A stretch of DNA of 64,000 nucleotides, taken from assembly GCA_963711565.1 (NCBI GenBank), contig CAVQEQ010000004.1, positions 1,504,001 to 1,568,000 on the forward strand. Reading direction: 5' to 3'. Positions within the stretch are counted from its first letter, which is position 1. Each line of letters begins with the position of its first letter. This document shows, piece after piece, positions 19,480 through 29,379 of the stretch. A program made the translations under genes and the position numbers. This stretch comes from an uncultured delta proteobacterium. Its GTDB lineage: Bacteria; Desulfobacterota; Binatia; Binatales; Binataceae. The notes beneath the pieces were generated by a model. That model searched no databases, was not told the origin of the DNA, and saw only the letters and a program-made list of their open reading frames with translations.

Positions 19480-22131
19480 TCAATGGTCACCGATGCTGCG
19501 GCTGATTTCGAGCCAGTTGGTGCCGTCCCACTTGAGCCTCAGCACGTCGACTGAGCCGCTCGCGATGCTCGAGGTTGGCGCGGCGCCGCCGGTCCACTTG
19601 ATTGCGCCGGTTGATGTCGCCCACAACGGCCCCGCCGCTACCGCGCTGGTGATGTAGGACTCGATAGTTACGACCTGGTCCGCCACCAGCCCGGTTGTCG
19701 ACAGCGTGTAGGTGAGTCCCGTCGTTGCGGTGAACAGTTTCTGGCATGAGTTGGTTGAGAACGCGAGCGTCGTGTTGGCCGAAACCGTTCCAACGTTCGA
19801 GCAGGCTTCGATGTTCGATGCGTGGTTCAAGTACCCGACCCGGACGACGCCGCTCGCCAGCCAGTCGGTGAACTCCGTGAAGATCATCGAGTCGGGCGCG
19901 TTGCTGCCGTCACCGTTACGAAACGGGCTCGGGTCGCCGTAACTGTTCTGCATCGAGAAGATCGGCTGCGGGTTGGGCGCGTTGCCGTTGCTGATTCCGC
20001 AAACCGTGGTACCGCCGCCGCAGACCCAGGAGCTCTTGATTGCGGTCGGCCGATTCAACTGCATCAGGAATCCGTTGGGCCCCGGAGCGCCGGCGATTCG
20101 AGTCGCATCGATGATGAAGTTGGAACCGACGTTGTTGGTGTCGAAGATGAAGTATTGCGCGTCCTCGCTGGTCACGCCGGAGAACATCATGTTGCCGTCG
20201 GCGCCGCCGCCGAAGCGATCGACGGTCCACGCCTCGATCTTGTTCTGCTCGAAGTCGGTGCCGTAAATTTCGAGCTGGCCGACGAAGTCCGACATGATCG
20301 CAACGTCGTGGCCCTGGATCAGGCCGCCGCGGATCTCCTCGTTGTAGGTCTGGCCGGCGCCGCCGAAGAAGTAGCCCCACATGCCACCCTGCCCGTTCGA
20401 TGGATTCGAGATCTGCACGTCGTGAAAACTCAGGTTCTGGACGTTGCCGGCGGATTGATTCGCGACGCGAATGCCGATGCCCGCGCGGCCAAGGGCCAGC
20501 CGCTCGAAAGTATCGTGCTGGGTCGCGAGGCCGTCGCCACCGCCGCCGGTCGCGTAGTTGTCCACGTCGATTATCACGCCGGCTGTGTTTCCGTTGATGC
20601 CCGAGACCGACAGCCCTGCGACTCGCGAGTCGGCCGCCTTGTTCATATTGATGACGGTGCCGCCGGTCACGCCGTGCCATTCCAGTTCGACCGGATGTCC
20701 GCCATCGCCGTTCTGCGCGCCGGTGAGCGAGAGCGTGACGCCCCAGCATCCGTAGAGATTGAGCGACTGGCCGAGCGGATAAGCGGAGGTCGCGGGAAAT
20801 TCGACGATTCCGCCGACGGTCGCGCCGGTCGCCGTGTGCGAGCAAATCGAACTTATGGCGGCGTTGATCGGGACGCTGTCGTCGTGACGCATCGTGAACG
20901 AGCCCGTCTGCGCGGGCGCTATAGACAACGTCACGCTGACGCCGTTCACGCCGGTAATTTGCGCGAACAGATCCTGCACCACGGCGCTCGAGCCAAGCGC
21001 GGTGCCGAAATCTTCATCGGTGCCGAAAGCGTGTCCGAAGTCGCGATAGGATTCGGCCGTCGCGCCCGGCGCACCGGCGTGAGGCACGACCGCGTGCAGG
21101 CTGGGCGTGCATCCGGCGCCGCTGCACGAATAGACCAGATACGCGATGTCATTCGCCGCGCCGGTCCAGCTCACCAGCAGATTGTTGTTGGTGCTGAGCG
21201 TCGCCGGTCCCGCGCTGGTCGAAACCGCCGCGGTCGGCGCCGACCATCCGCCGCCATTGCTCACGCCGACAATTTGATAGGTGTAGGAAACGTTGCATGC
21301 GCTGTTGTGCGCGGGGTTGCCGGTTTGCGAATCAACCTCGCATCCGCCGCCATTGGCCACGGACTTGGTGATATCCGAAGTCGGATTCGGATTCATGCCG
21401 TAGCTGTTCGGGACGACCGTCACGCCGGTCGGCGGATTCGCATTCGAGGCGGCGCCCGCATGATCGATCTTGATCCAATTGCCGACTTTGAAGTCGGCGA
21501 TCGAATTTACCGTGATGACGGCATTACTTGCACTGGTGGTCGCGGTCACGGTCGCGAGTGAGCCGGTCGCGCCGAACGCTCTCACGTTTTTGACGCCGTT
21601 GAGGCTGACGTTCGCGATCGCGTCGCTGCCGTCGAGCTTCGAGCCCGACAGCGTGTTGAGCTGCGCCCCGGTCTGTCCGAACGCGAGCGCGTCGCCGTTG
21701 ATTGTGCCGCTGGCCAGGTTCGAGACCTTGTTGCCGTTCGCGTTCAGAGTGGCTTCCAGAGCCGCGCCCGCGCATGCCCACTGGCCGCGAGTACCGAGAG
21801 CATAGGCGCCGTCGCCACCGCTCACGCACGGCGTCGCGCTCCTGCAATTCTCGCAGTAGAGGAGCATCCCGTCCTGCTCGCGCGGCAGATTGGCAAAGGT
21901 CGGAGTGGTTATCGAAGGCGCGATCGGCTGGGCGCCGGAAAATCGCTCGTTGATAGCCTCGCGGAACTGCAAGCCCGCGCCGACGCCGGTGAAGTTGGGA
22001 ATCGGCTGATACGATCCCGGCGGCGGAAGATTCTGTGCCGATGCCCCCGCGCTCAGGACGAGCAAGATCATCGCGGTGATCGTCATGCGCGGAATCGCCG
22101 GCAAAGTCTTTCTCTTCGATTTCTTCATCAT
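19480..22131 (-). CDS. tailspike-like pectate-lyase beta-helix protein with N-terminal signal peptide
   Basis: VKNVRAFGATG, DDSVPINAAI, GGIVEFP..Y motifs; last gene of tail operon; MMKKSKRK...MILLVLSAGASA signal. Confidence 0.6.
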   Translation of the reverse strand: MMKKSKRKTLPAIPRMTITAMILLVLSAGASAQNLPPPGSYQPIPNFTGVGAGLQFREAINERFSGAQPIAPSITTPTFANLPREQDGMLLYCENCRSATPCVSGGDGAYALGTRGQWACAGAALEATLNANGNKVSNLASGTINGDALAFGQTGAQLNTLSGSKLDGSDAIANVSLNGVKNVRAFGATGSLATVTATTSASNAVITVNSIADFKVGNWIKIDHAGAASNANPPTGVTVVPNSYGMNPNPTSDITKSVANGGGCEVDSQTGNPAHNSACNVSYTYQIVGVSNGGGWSAPTAAVSTSAGPATLSTNNNLLVSWTGAANDIAYLVYSCSGAGCTPSLHAVVPHAGAPGATAESYRDFGHAFGTDEDFGTALGSSAVVQDLFAQITGVNGVSVTLSIAPAQTGSFTMRHDDSVPINAAISSICSHTATGATVGGIVEFPATSAYPLGQSLNLYGCWGVTLSLTGAQNGDGGHPVELEWHGVTGGTVINMNKAADSRVAGLSVSGINGNTAGVIIDVDNYATGGGGDGLATQHDTFERLALGRAGIGIRVANQSAGNVQNLSFHDVQISNPSNGQGGMWGYFFGGAGQTYNEEIRGGLIQGHDVAIMSDFVGQLEIYGTDFEQNKIEAWTVDRFGGGADGNMMFSGVTSEDAQYFIFDTNNVGSNFIIDATRIAGAPGPNGFLMQLNRPTAIKSSWVCGGGTTVCGISNGNAPNPQPIFSMQNSYGDPSPFRNGDGSNAPDSMIFTEFTDWLASGVVRVGYLNHASNIEACSNVGTVSANTTLAFSTNSCQKLFTATTGLTYTLSTTGLVADQVVTIESYITSAVAAGPLWATSTGAIKWTGGAAPTSSIASGSVDVLRLKWDGTNWLEISRSIGDH

Positions 22132-22153
22132 CGATCGCTCGTCGCCGACAATC

Positions 22154-22715
22154 TCAGAATCCAATTGCCATCCAGTAAAAGCCATCGTTCGGTGCCTGGC
22201 CGCCCTCGCCGCCGATCAAGTCTGAGCGAAAGGTTCCCGCGGTGGTTGTGAAACTGACTATATCGATTATCAACTTGCCGGTGTTGTTCAGCGCGCGCGA
22301 GTTCGACAGCGTCGCCATCGACCATACGCATGCGTTGGGAAAAGCCTTCGGCCACGTCACTGCATAGCTGGTATCGTCGGCGAGCCCGCCGCCCGGAAAC
22401 ATCGCGCCCCACTGGACGATCGCCACGATCGAGCCGCGATTGATGTCGGCGAGCGGAATAGCCAGGTAGCCGTTTGCACCCATCGCGCCGGCAAAGTTCG
22501 TCATGAACGCCTGCAACACGCCGATGTTCGCGATGTTGACGTTCCTGGCGCTGTTTCAGGAACGCGGTGCGATTAGCCAGTTGCTGATGCGGTTGATTCG
22601 AGACGCCGGTGCCGCTGAAACTCGCGCCGGTGGCGGCGCCTTCGACCGGATCGGTCGCCTGAATCTGGTAAACCTCATTCGAGGTGAACTCTGCTGCGTC
22701 GATTAGTGTAGCCAT
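22154..22715 (-). pseudogene. short tail-fibre protein (gp53-like C-terminus), frameshifted by one extra A near 22542
   Basis: N-part EVYQI...DPV...NQPHQQLANRTAFLK and C-part NGYLAIP...IVQWG...VTWPKAFPNAC...YWMAIG lie in different frames. Confidence 0.75.
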
Positions 22716-22723
22716 TGACTACC

Positions 22724-23188
22724 TCAGAAGGTAAGCGTCCACGTACCGCTAATACTCATTCCCGCGCCAAATACTATTGGTGCAATAGTCTTGCGCGCGA
22801 GCATCGGGGTCGGCGCAGTCGTTCCCGGCAACACGGCGCTCGCTTGATTCGCGAAGATCGCGAGCTCCTGGATTGTGATCCCCTGCGCGCCGGTGTCGGC
22901 CGTCGTCAGCGACCAGTTGAGCGTCAAGCCGCCGTTGCCGTCCTCGCTGTGGCCGTCGAGCGCCTTGTAATATGCGGGCGCGGTCAGCGCAGTGTCGGTA
23001 ATCGTCGGCGCATTCGAGCCGGTGCCGAAGCCCACCGCCGCCGCGAATTCGCCCGCGGTATCGCCGCCGAGCAGGGCAGCCAGCGCGGGCAGCCCGGCGT
23101 TGACGAAAAGGTTGCGGCCTTCGTATTCCCACGCGACGCGGCCTCGATCGACAAGACGGATTCGCACGATTCCAATCGGCCTTCTCAT
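22724..23188 (-). CDS. phage tail/baseplate-distal hypothetical protein
   Basis: NLFVNAG...GFGTG...DTAL...IQELAIF..LARKT pattern seen in tail-fibre-adjacent proteins; operon position. Confidence 0.65.
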   Translation of the reverse strand: MRRPIGIVRIRLVDRGRVAWEYEGRNLFVNAGLPALAALLGGDTAGEFAAAVGFGTGSNAPTITDTALTAPAYYKALDGHSEDGNGGLTLNWSLTTADTGAQGITIQELAIFANQASAVLPGTTAPTPMLARKTIAPIVFGAGMSISGTWTLTF

Positions 23189-23189
23189 T

Positions 23190-24053
23190 TTAACCTCCGT
23201 GCAAGACTGCTGCGCCGTTGACGATCAGCGCCGAGTCCGCAACCGCGGGTTCGTTGACGCCGTAAGTAATCCCGCTATGCAGATAGTGACCGTCGTAAGC
23301 GGGGACAATCGGACCGTACGCATCGGTCGAGGAGCCCGTCGCGATCGTAAATGCGAGAGCGTTGTCATTGGGCGCGCGCGCCGCGTCGAGCTGGTACTCG
23401 ACGGTTCCGCCGAGCGTCAAACTGTCCGCGGGCACGGGCCCCGCGTCGGAAATCGCGGGCACCGCGAACCATAGCGAGTCGAGCCACGCTCGCGCCGGCT
23501 TGAAGAAATTAACCGCGGCCACGGCAGTGGACGCCGCACCGATTGAAACGCCCTGCCCCGCCGCGAGATCGATCATCACCCGAAACGCAGCCCATCCCTG
23601 GCTCGACGGATACGCATCGCCGCCCCAGCTCGTCTGACCTTCGAGCAGCGTGACCTGCGTCCATCCGAGCGAGCCGAGCGCATTCTTGATCGCCGACGGC
23701 GTGCCGCGAAATCGATGGAGCCCGATCGCGTTCTGGAGCAGCTCGCGCTGCGCCGCTTCGGTGAGAGCCAGCTCCGTGACCTGACCGCCGGATTCGATCA
23801 GATTGTCGACGTCGATTAGCAAATCGATGTTGGTGAGCGCGTCAACGCCGAGCGCGACCGGCGCGATCAACTGCCAGAGAGGAGACAGGATATCGAACTG
23901 CCACGCGAGGAAGGGCAAGGCGCCGGCGATCACCGAGTCGATGCGGTAAACCAGCAGCGTCGTAAGATCGAGCGCCGCGAGCCGCGCGATCAACACCAGC
24001 AGCGCCTGCGTGCGCGTATCGTCGATCGAAGGCGCGGCCGAAAGCTCGGGCAT
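23190..24053 (-). CDS. phage tail protein I (P2 gpI-like baseplate wedge)
   Basis: LPFLAWQFD, RELLQNAIGLHRFRGTPSAIK, KPAR. Confidence 0.85.
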   Translation of the reverse strand: MPELSAAPSIDDTRTQALLVLIARLAALDLTTLLVYRIDSVIAGALPFLAWQFDILSPLWQLIAPVALGVDALTNIDLLIDVDNLIESGGQVTELALTEAAQRELLQNAIGLHRFRGTPSAIKNALGSLGWTQVTLLEGQTSWGGDAYPSSQGWAAFRVMIDLAAGQGVSIGAASTAVAAVNFFKPARAWLDSLWFAVPAISDAGPVPADSLTLGGTVEYQLDAARAPNDNALAFTIATGSSTDAYGPIVPAYDGHYLHSGITYGVNEPAVADSALIVNGAAVLHGG

Positions 24054-25225
24054 CAGCTGTGCTCCTTGCTGAACGCGGTCGTCAGCGAGATCATCGTGCA
24101 GTTCGCCCATTGGCCAGCCGTGAGAGGAGTCAGCGTCGGCGAGGTGAGCGTCACGCCATAGACGCCGGCGACGGACAGCGCCGCGATTATCTGGCTCGGC
24201 ACGATGTCGCGCTGAATCTTGGCGGCGAGCTCGAGCGCGAGCTCCTGCGCGGCGGTGGTCGCGGCGGTGATCGTCGTTGTTGGGTCGGCATCCGAGTAGA
24301 GCGTCACGGTGGCGGTTATCTGGTAGTCCACCTCGGTCACGGCGAGGACGTTCACGGTGTCGGTGAGCGGACGCACCGTATCGGCATTCAGAACGGCGGC
24401 AACTTTCGCAAGCAGCGCGGAGTTCGCGACTCCAGCGCTGTTGGGCGCGGGCGCGGGCTGTTGCGTCAGCGGTCCGGTCAGCACGTACACGTTGACCGAG
24501 CCGGGGGCGGGACTGACAATTTGCGCGTCGGCGATCGAGGGGTCGGCGCCCATTGCGAAGAAGCGGTATGCGCCGATCGGTCCCGCGACGCTGAACTGAT
24601 TCGGCGCGGCCTGGATGCGCGCGCGGAGATGAGCGTCGGTCTCGGGAGCGGAGCCGCCGGTGGTCGTGCTGGAGTTGGTCACGCTCGCAATCAGGGCGTT
24701 CGGATTGAGCTGGACGCTCACCTGACCCGCGAGATATCCGTTCGCAGCCGCTCCTGGAGCGGTTGCCGTCGCAGCGACAGTCCCGGTGGTTCCGCCGGCC
24801 GCGATGCTGATCGTAGCGCTCGTCGCGAAAGCAAACTGCCCATCGTTGGTGCCGACCAGGGTTCCTGCGGCGATCGTGAACGGCACCGTCAGCGCGGCGG
24901 TCAGCGTGAATTGAAGGGTCGTGACCGCGGGCTGCGACGCGAGCCGCGTGACGCTCAGCAGTTGACCGAGATAATCGAGCATCGGGAAGGACGCGAAGGC
25001 GAGCAGATTCTGCTGAGCGGCATACTGGATTGCGTCGCGCACCAGAGATTCGCGGTACGCGTACAGATTGATCAGAAGGCGCTCGACCTGCGCCGGATAC
25101 AGCGTCCGGTCGGCAGCCGCCTCGAACTCGGCGATCATGTCGGCGAGAATTAAATTCGGATCGAGACCATCGGCGTCGTCAACGAACACCGGCGGCGGCA
25201 GCGACGGAATTCCTGCACTCATCAA
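24053..25225 (-). CDS. baseplate J/gp47 wedge protein
   Basis: LYPAQVERLLI, GGSAPETDAHLRARI, FSVAGPIGAY, VRPLTD. Confidence 0.92.
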   Translation of the reverse strand: MMSAGIPSLPPPVFVDDADGLDPNLILADMIAEFEAAADRTLYPAQVERLLINLYAYRESLVRDAIQYAAQQNLLAFASFPMLDYLGQLLSVTRLASQPAVTTLQFTLTAALTVPFTIAAGTLVGTNDGQFAFATSATISIAAGGTTGTVAATATAPGAAANGYLAGQVSVQLNPNALIASVTNSSTTTGGSAPETDAHLRARIQAAPNQFSVAGPIGAYRFFAMGADPSIADAQIVSPAPGSVNVYVLTGPLTQQPAPAPNSAGVANSALLAKVAAVLNADTVRPLTDTVNVLAVTEVDYQITATVTLYSDADPTTTITAATTAAQELALELAAKIQRDIVPSQIIAALSVAGVYGVTLTSPTLTPLTAGQWANCTMISLTTAFSKEHS

Positions 25226-25258
25226 CTTATCCTTTCATCGCGGTCGGCGCGGCGCGCA

Positions 25259-25675
25259 CTAGACCGTCGCTCCCGGTACTGACACTGTCGTGGTCTGAAC
25301 GGGACTCGCGGCGGCGCCGAGATTGAGCTGCCAGTTGAGCGTGACGTCGAGATGCGCGCCAGACTGCGAGCTGCCGTCGAGCACGGGTTGCGCGGTCACT
25401 GAAACGAGATTCACGCGCGGCTCCCACGTCGTGATCGCGGAGGTGAGTTCGCTGACGATCGCGGGCAACGCCTGGCTGATCGGAAAATCGATGTAACGCC
25501 AGATATCCGCGCCAAAGGTCGGACGCAAGGGATCGCTGCCCTGCGGCGTCGTCACGATAATCCCGAGGCATTGCTCAACGTCGGCGATTCCCTGCACAAC
25601 CTCACCGATGGCTCCCAGAGCCAACGACCAATCGACCGAAGTGATATCCGCAAGCGTGATTGCTCCCGCCGGCAT
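25259..25675 (-). CDS. baseplate GPW/gp25 family protein
   Basis: IVTTPQGSDPLRPTFG...WEPRV. Confidence 0.9.
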   Translation of the reverse strand: MPAGAITLADITSVDWSLALGAIGEVVQGIADVEQCLGIIVTTPQGSDPLRPTFGADIWRYIDFPISQALPAIVSELTSAITTWEPRVNLVSVTAQPVLDGSSQSGAHLDVTLNWQLNLGAAASPVQTTTVSVPGATV

Positions 25676-25677
25676 GG

Positions 25678-26370
25678 TCAGCCCGCCAGCACGTCGGTGC
25701 TTGCCGTCACGATCGTTCCGGTCTGCTCGCCGACCTGAACCTGATCGCCGAGCCGGGCGACACCAGCCAACGCGCCGTTGCCGAGCTGGATTAGTCCCGC
25801 GCTTCTAATTGTGACGTTGCCGTTCGAGTCGATCTGAATCTGCGCGCCGTTCGCGGTAAGATTGAATACGCCGCCCTGGGGCAGACTCACGCTCAACACA
25901 TGTTCGATGCCGTCGTACTTGAGCTCAGCCTGATCCTGAAATCTCAGATCGAGGAGATGAGTCAGAGCATCGTACTGGAGCTGCGTCGTATCCTGGAAAA
26001 ACAGATTGAGGAGATGCGCGACGCGATCGTAGTCAAAGTTCGCGCCGTCCTTGAACGCGATATGGAACTTGTCGGCGCTGTTCACCGGCGGCACGTCAGC
26101 GGCGGAATAAATCGCGCCGAGCACCGCGCCGGCCTCGTCGCGCAAATCCATCAGGCAGACGACCTGCTCGCCGATGTCGGGAATCCAGTAGAACTTGTCG
26201 TCCTGCGTCTTCGCGAAAATCACCGGCAGCCACCAGCTGATCATCTCGTCGTAATCTGGAAACACCACGCGCACCTTCGCGTGCACCGTGTCCTGGGCCT
26301 GGACGATGCCGACGCGGAAGGTGGGATTCAGCGAAGCAAATCGCTCGCGGTATTCGATTATGTCGTTCAT
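25678..26370 (-). CDS. baseplate spike, gpV/gp45
   Basis: VRVVFPD..SWWLPV, WIPDIGEQV, GAVLGAIY. Confidence 0.88.
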   Translation of the reverse strand: MNDIIEYRERFASLNPTFRVGIVQAQDTVHAKVRVVFPDYDEMISWWLPVIFAKTQDDKFYWIPDIGEQVVCLMDLRDEAGAVLGAIYSAADVPPVNSADKFHIAFKDGANFDYDRVAHLLNLFFQDTTQLQYDALTHLLDLRFQDQAELKYDGIEHVLSVSLPQGGVFNLTANGAQIQIDSNGNVTIRSAGLIQLGNGALAGVARLGDQVQVGEQTGTIVTASTDVLAG

Positions 26371-27383
26371 GCGCTAACCCTTCGCGCGGCAATCGCAGTT
26401 GTATATCCAGTCGCGCGCGCCAGATGATGCTTCGCAGTCTCGACTAGATATGCTCCGTCCAGCGCGCCCCATCCACTGAGTAGTACATTGTTGCCGGCCA
26501 CCAGCACTGTATTCCCGGGCCCCTCAATCGAAGCGTCCACGAACACCATGTTGTGCAGATGAAGCAACGCTTCGGCCTTCACTTGCGCCTGCTGCGCGTT
26601 TTCGCAGCGCGCCACGATTTTGAGCGTATCGCCGGTCGGCGAAGGTTGGTCCGCGGGCACCGACTGAGTAATCAGTTCTTTCGTGTCGGGATCGAAGTAA
26701 GAGAACTCCGCGCCGTCGTAGATTCGACGCGCCCGGTTCCGAAATGAGAATCGAATAGTATTCGATCGAGTAATCGTTACTGCGGCCGGAACCGACTCAA
26801 GCGCCGGCCGTTCGTAAAATACCAACTGCCCGGCGCGTACTGTGAAATCGAAGTTGTGTTCTCGCGCGAGACGTTTTAGAAATTCCAAGTCCATCTGCCG
26901 CCGTTGAGTGACACGCGCAAATACGACATCGCTCTCGGATTCGGATGACGCCGTGACGAGTGTCAGACCGTACTTGCCGGCGATTTGCGCGGCTATTTCC
27001 ACGATGCCCATGTTCTCGTACGCCATAGTATTTGCCGTGCGCATCGCGGGTGTGATGTAGGCGGCGAGGCAGCGGATTCGCATCACGTCGGGCGGCCCGT
27101 CCAACTCCAGTTCGTCGATCTGAAAGTCGCCGCAATCCAGCAACGGCTGACCGCTGTACCCAATTTGTAGACTCACTGCATCGCCGAGCGCGGGATACCA
27201 GGGCCCCTGCCACAGCTTCATCGAGTCTTCGAGTTCCACTTCCAGCTCACCTGAAGCGCCGTCAAGGCGATCGACATATCTGATCGCCAGAACCATCTGC
27301 GAGACGTCCGAAGTAATGTTCACGCCCGAATAAGTGAGTATCCATTGAGGTGAGAGAACTGTATAAGACGCGGTTGCAGTCAT
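26367..27383 (-). CDS. baseplate hub, late control D/gp44 family
   Basis: YVDRLDG, CGDFQIDE, Q..DLEFLKRLA, GAYLVE..H. Confidence 0.88.
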   Translation of the reverse strand: MTATASYTVLSPQWILTYSGVNITSDVSQMVLAIRYVDRLDGASGELEVELEDSMKLWQGPWYPALGDAVSLQIGYSGQPLLDCGDFQIDELELDGPPDVMRIRCLAAYITPAMRTANTMAYENMGIVEIAAQIAGKYGLTLVTASSESESDVVFARVTQRRQMDLEFLKRLAREHNFDFTVRAGQLVFYERPALESVPAAVTITRSNTIRFSFRNRARRIYDGAEFSYFDPDTKELITQSVPADQPSPTGDTLKIVARCENAQQAQVKAEALLHLHNMVFVDASIEGPGNTVLVAGNNVLLSGWGALDGAYLVETAKHHLARATGYTTAIAARRVSA

Positions 27384-27625
27384 TAGTCACTCGCAATTTG
27401 AGATACTTTCCAGGGTGGCAAGCTGGCGATAGCCACGTCGCTCTTCTGCTGGAGCGGTATGGCTATTGACAGTCCGGCGTCGAATACCGGTTCAATAGGC
27501 ACAGTTGGATTAGCCATTATGATCGGCAAATAGTCAGTCGGATCGCCGTAGTATTGCCACGCGAGCAGGTCCCAGCGTTCGCCGGCGGTCGTAATGTGAA
27601 CGATGGACTCTGAGCACGATGTCAT
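27383..27625 (-). CDS. tail protein X (LysM-like)
   Basis: GERWDLLAWQYYGD...IIMANP...LPPWK. Confidence 0.88.
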   Translation of the reverse strand: MTSCSESIVHITTAGERWDLLAWQYYGDPTDYLPIIMANPTVPIEPVFDAGLSIAIPLQQKSDVAIASLPPWKVSQIASD

Positions 27626-28209
27626 CGCGCAACGCTCCTCACGATCGCGGCGGCAGGCACGTCATCGGCCTCAAGATTGGGACCGCTTGCTCCCGTCGCC
27701 GGCTGCGTACTGAGTAATACCGACACACCTGGCGTGAGCCCGTTCGCGCCGCTGCTCCCCGACTGCTGCGACGCCATCCTGATTCCAATCGGCGATACTG
27801 CGTTCGCCGTCAGTGCGCTGGAAAGCAGCAGCGAGTCCGCTATCCATTCCTTGAGTGCAAGCGCGACCCGAATCGCGATCGGCGTCCCGCTCGCCGACAG
27901 TTGCTGCGATTTTACCTTGATCGATTCGATCACAAAGAACCCGCGGAGACTGCCGTTGCCGAACACCAGCGGCAGTGCAAGATGCTCCGCGGCCGACGCG
28001 CGCAATAGCGCCAGTTGCGTGGCGGGATTCGTGAACGACGCGTGCCAGGTTAGCTCGAAATTTAGCCGCTCGAGATCATCGCCGACCCACTGCAGCTGCG
28101 GTTTGCTATCGAGAACTTTCTGCTCGGCGAAATCGTACGCGCCCGCGGACTCGTAAGCTTCCGGAGAGCCGACCACTTCGAACTGAATATCGCCTAATGC
28201 TGCGAACAA
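27622..28209 (-). CDS. P2 GpU-like tail tube initiator
   Basis: MFAALGDIQF, KPQLQWVG, LPLVFGNG, LKEW. Confidence 0.85.
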   Translation of the reverse strand: MFAALGDIQFEVVGSPEAYESAGAYDFAEQKVLDSKPQLQWVGDDLERLNFELTWHASFTNPATQLALLRASAAEHLALPLVFGNGSLRGFFVIESIKVKSQQLSASGTPIAIRVALALKEWIADSLLLSSALTANAVSPIGIRMASQQSGSSGANGLTPGVSVLLSTQPATGASGPNLEADDVPAAAIVRSVAR

Positions 28210-28219
28210 GCGATCCCCC

Positions 28220-29065
28220 TCAAAACTGCGCCCGCTCGCGCCGCGCCGATTCTCGTTTCAATTGATCGAACAGCTCTTCGCGATGCGTCCGCAACGCGCC
28301 CATCACATCGTGTTGCACGGAGGCGCTCGCCGGCGCATTGATCACGACCGTCGGCGACGAGTTGATGGTGATCCCCGCGCGTCCGCCGCCGGCATTTGAA
28401 GCGCGAACATCGCTCGACGGTCGCGCGAACTCGCGCGGCGAAATCTTCGGCGGCGGAGTCACGCCGCGAATCGACGGAGCAACGCGGACGTTCGATCGCA
28501 GGCCCGCTTCGGCGAAAGACTGTCGCTTTGCTTCGCGACCGTCTCGCGCTCGGCTCGCCGCGCCGGTATCCGAAGTCATCGTCAGCGACGCGTATTTCCG
28601 CGCATCCAGAATCGCGCGGCGCGTGCTTCCTGAGTCAATCGAGCGCTCAACCCGCGACAGCGCATCCATTGCATGAGTTAATTCCGGAATCTTTCGCGAC
28701 GAACACGCGACATCGACCATTGCGGTTGCGCGATGCCACGTACTCTCCACCCTCGAGGTCTTGCCGCGATTGCCTGCTTCACTCGAACTCGACGTGCTGC
28801 CGGAATCGCTCTCAGAGCCCCCGAGAGCGGTTCTTCGGTCAACAAAAGCTCCCGCCTCCACAATCTGACCGTCCTTCAACTGCAAGCTCTGCGCGGGAAG
28901 TTCCAAACGATGATTCCCTGATAGCGCCACGCGCGCAGCTGTTCGCGATACTCGATCGCTCTGCCGCGCAACTTTACTCATTCGGTCAAGCTGGCTGAGC
29001 GCGCGCGCCGCGTTCGCTTCCGCGCTGGTCGCCGCCGGCCTGCTTGTGCTTCGTTGCCTCGCCAT
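28220..29065 (-). CDS. miniature or degenerate tape-measure protein (281 aa)
   Basis: TMP position before GpU; C-terminus ITINSSPTVVIN...ELFDQLKRESARRERAQF resembles myophage TMP ends; the rest is S/R/A-rich. Confidence 0.55.
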   Translation of the reverse strand: MARQRSTSRPAATSAEANAARALSQLDRMSKVARQSDRVSRTAARVALSGNHRLELPAQSLQLKDGQIVEAGAFVDRRTALGGSESDSGSTSSSSEAGNRGKTSRVESTWHRATAMVDVACSSRKIPELTHAMDALSRVERSIDSGSTRRAILDARKYASLTMTSDTGAASRARDGREAKRQSFAEAGLRSNVRVAPSIRGVTPPPKISPREFARPSSDVRASNAGGGRAGITINSSPTVVINAPASASVQHDVMGALRTHREELFDQLKRESARRERAQF

Positions 29066-29097
29066 CTGATGCTTGCCCTGAAGTCGCGCTCGAGCAG

Positions 29098-29379
29098 TTA
29101 CGCCCGCGCCGCGTTGCGGTCGAACGGACGGCGTGGCAACGTCGCCGCTTCCACTCGCAGCGGACGTCCCGCGAGTTCCTTGCCGTTCATCGCTCGCAGC
29201 GCGACCGCCGCGTCGTCCTCGGTCTTCATCTCGACAAAGCCGAACCCGCGCGAGCGCCCGTCAAAACGGTCTCGCACGATCTCAGCTCGATTTACGTCAC
29301 CGATTTCGGCAAAGGCTTCGCGCAGATCGCCGTCGCCCAGTGAGAAACTCAGGTTGCCTACGAATAATCTTATTCCCAT
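29098..29379 (-). CDS. RRM RNA-binding protein
   Basis: RNP2 LFVGNL and RNP1 RGFGFVEM, followed by LRVEAA. Confidence 0.93.
   Translation of the reverse strand: MGIRLFVGNLSFSLGDGDLREAFAEIGDVNRAEIVRDRFDGRSRGFGFVEMKTEDDAAVALRAMNGKELAGRPLRVEAATLPRRPFDRNAARA

Noticed and set aside
19480-22715. Invertible tail-fibre cassette or diversity-generating retroelement
   Set aside because: No invertase, reverse transcriptase, gix-like inverted repeats or TR/VR pair seen
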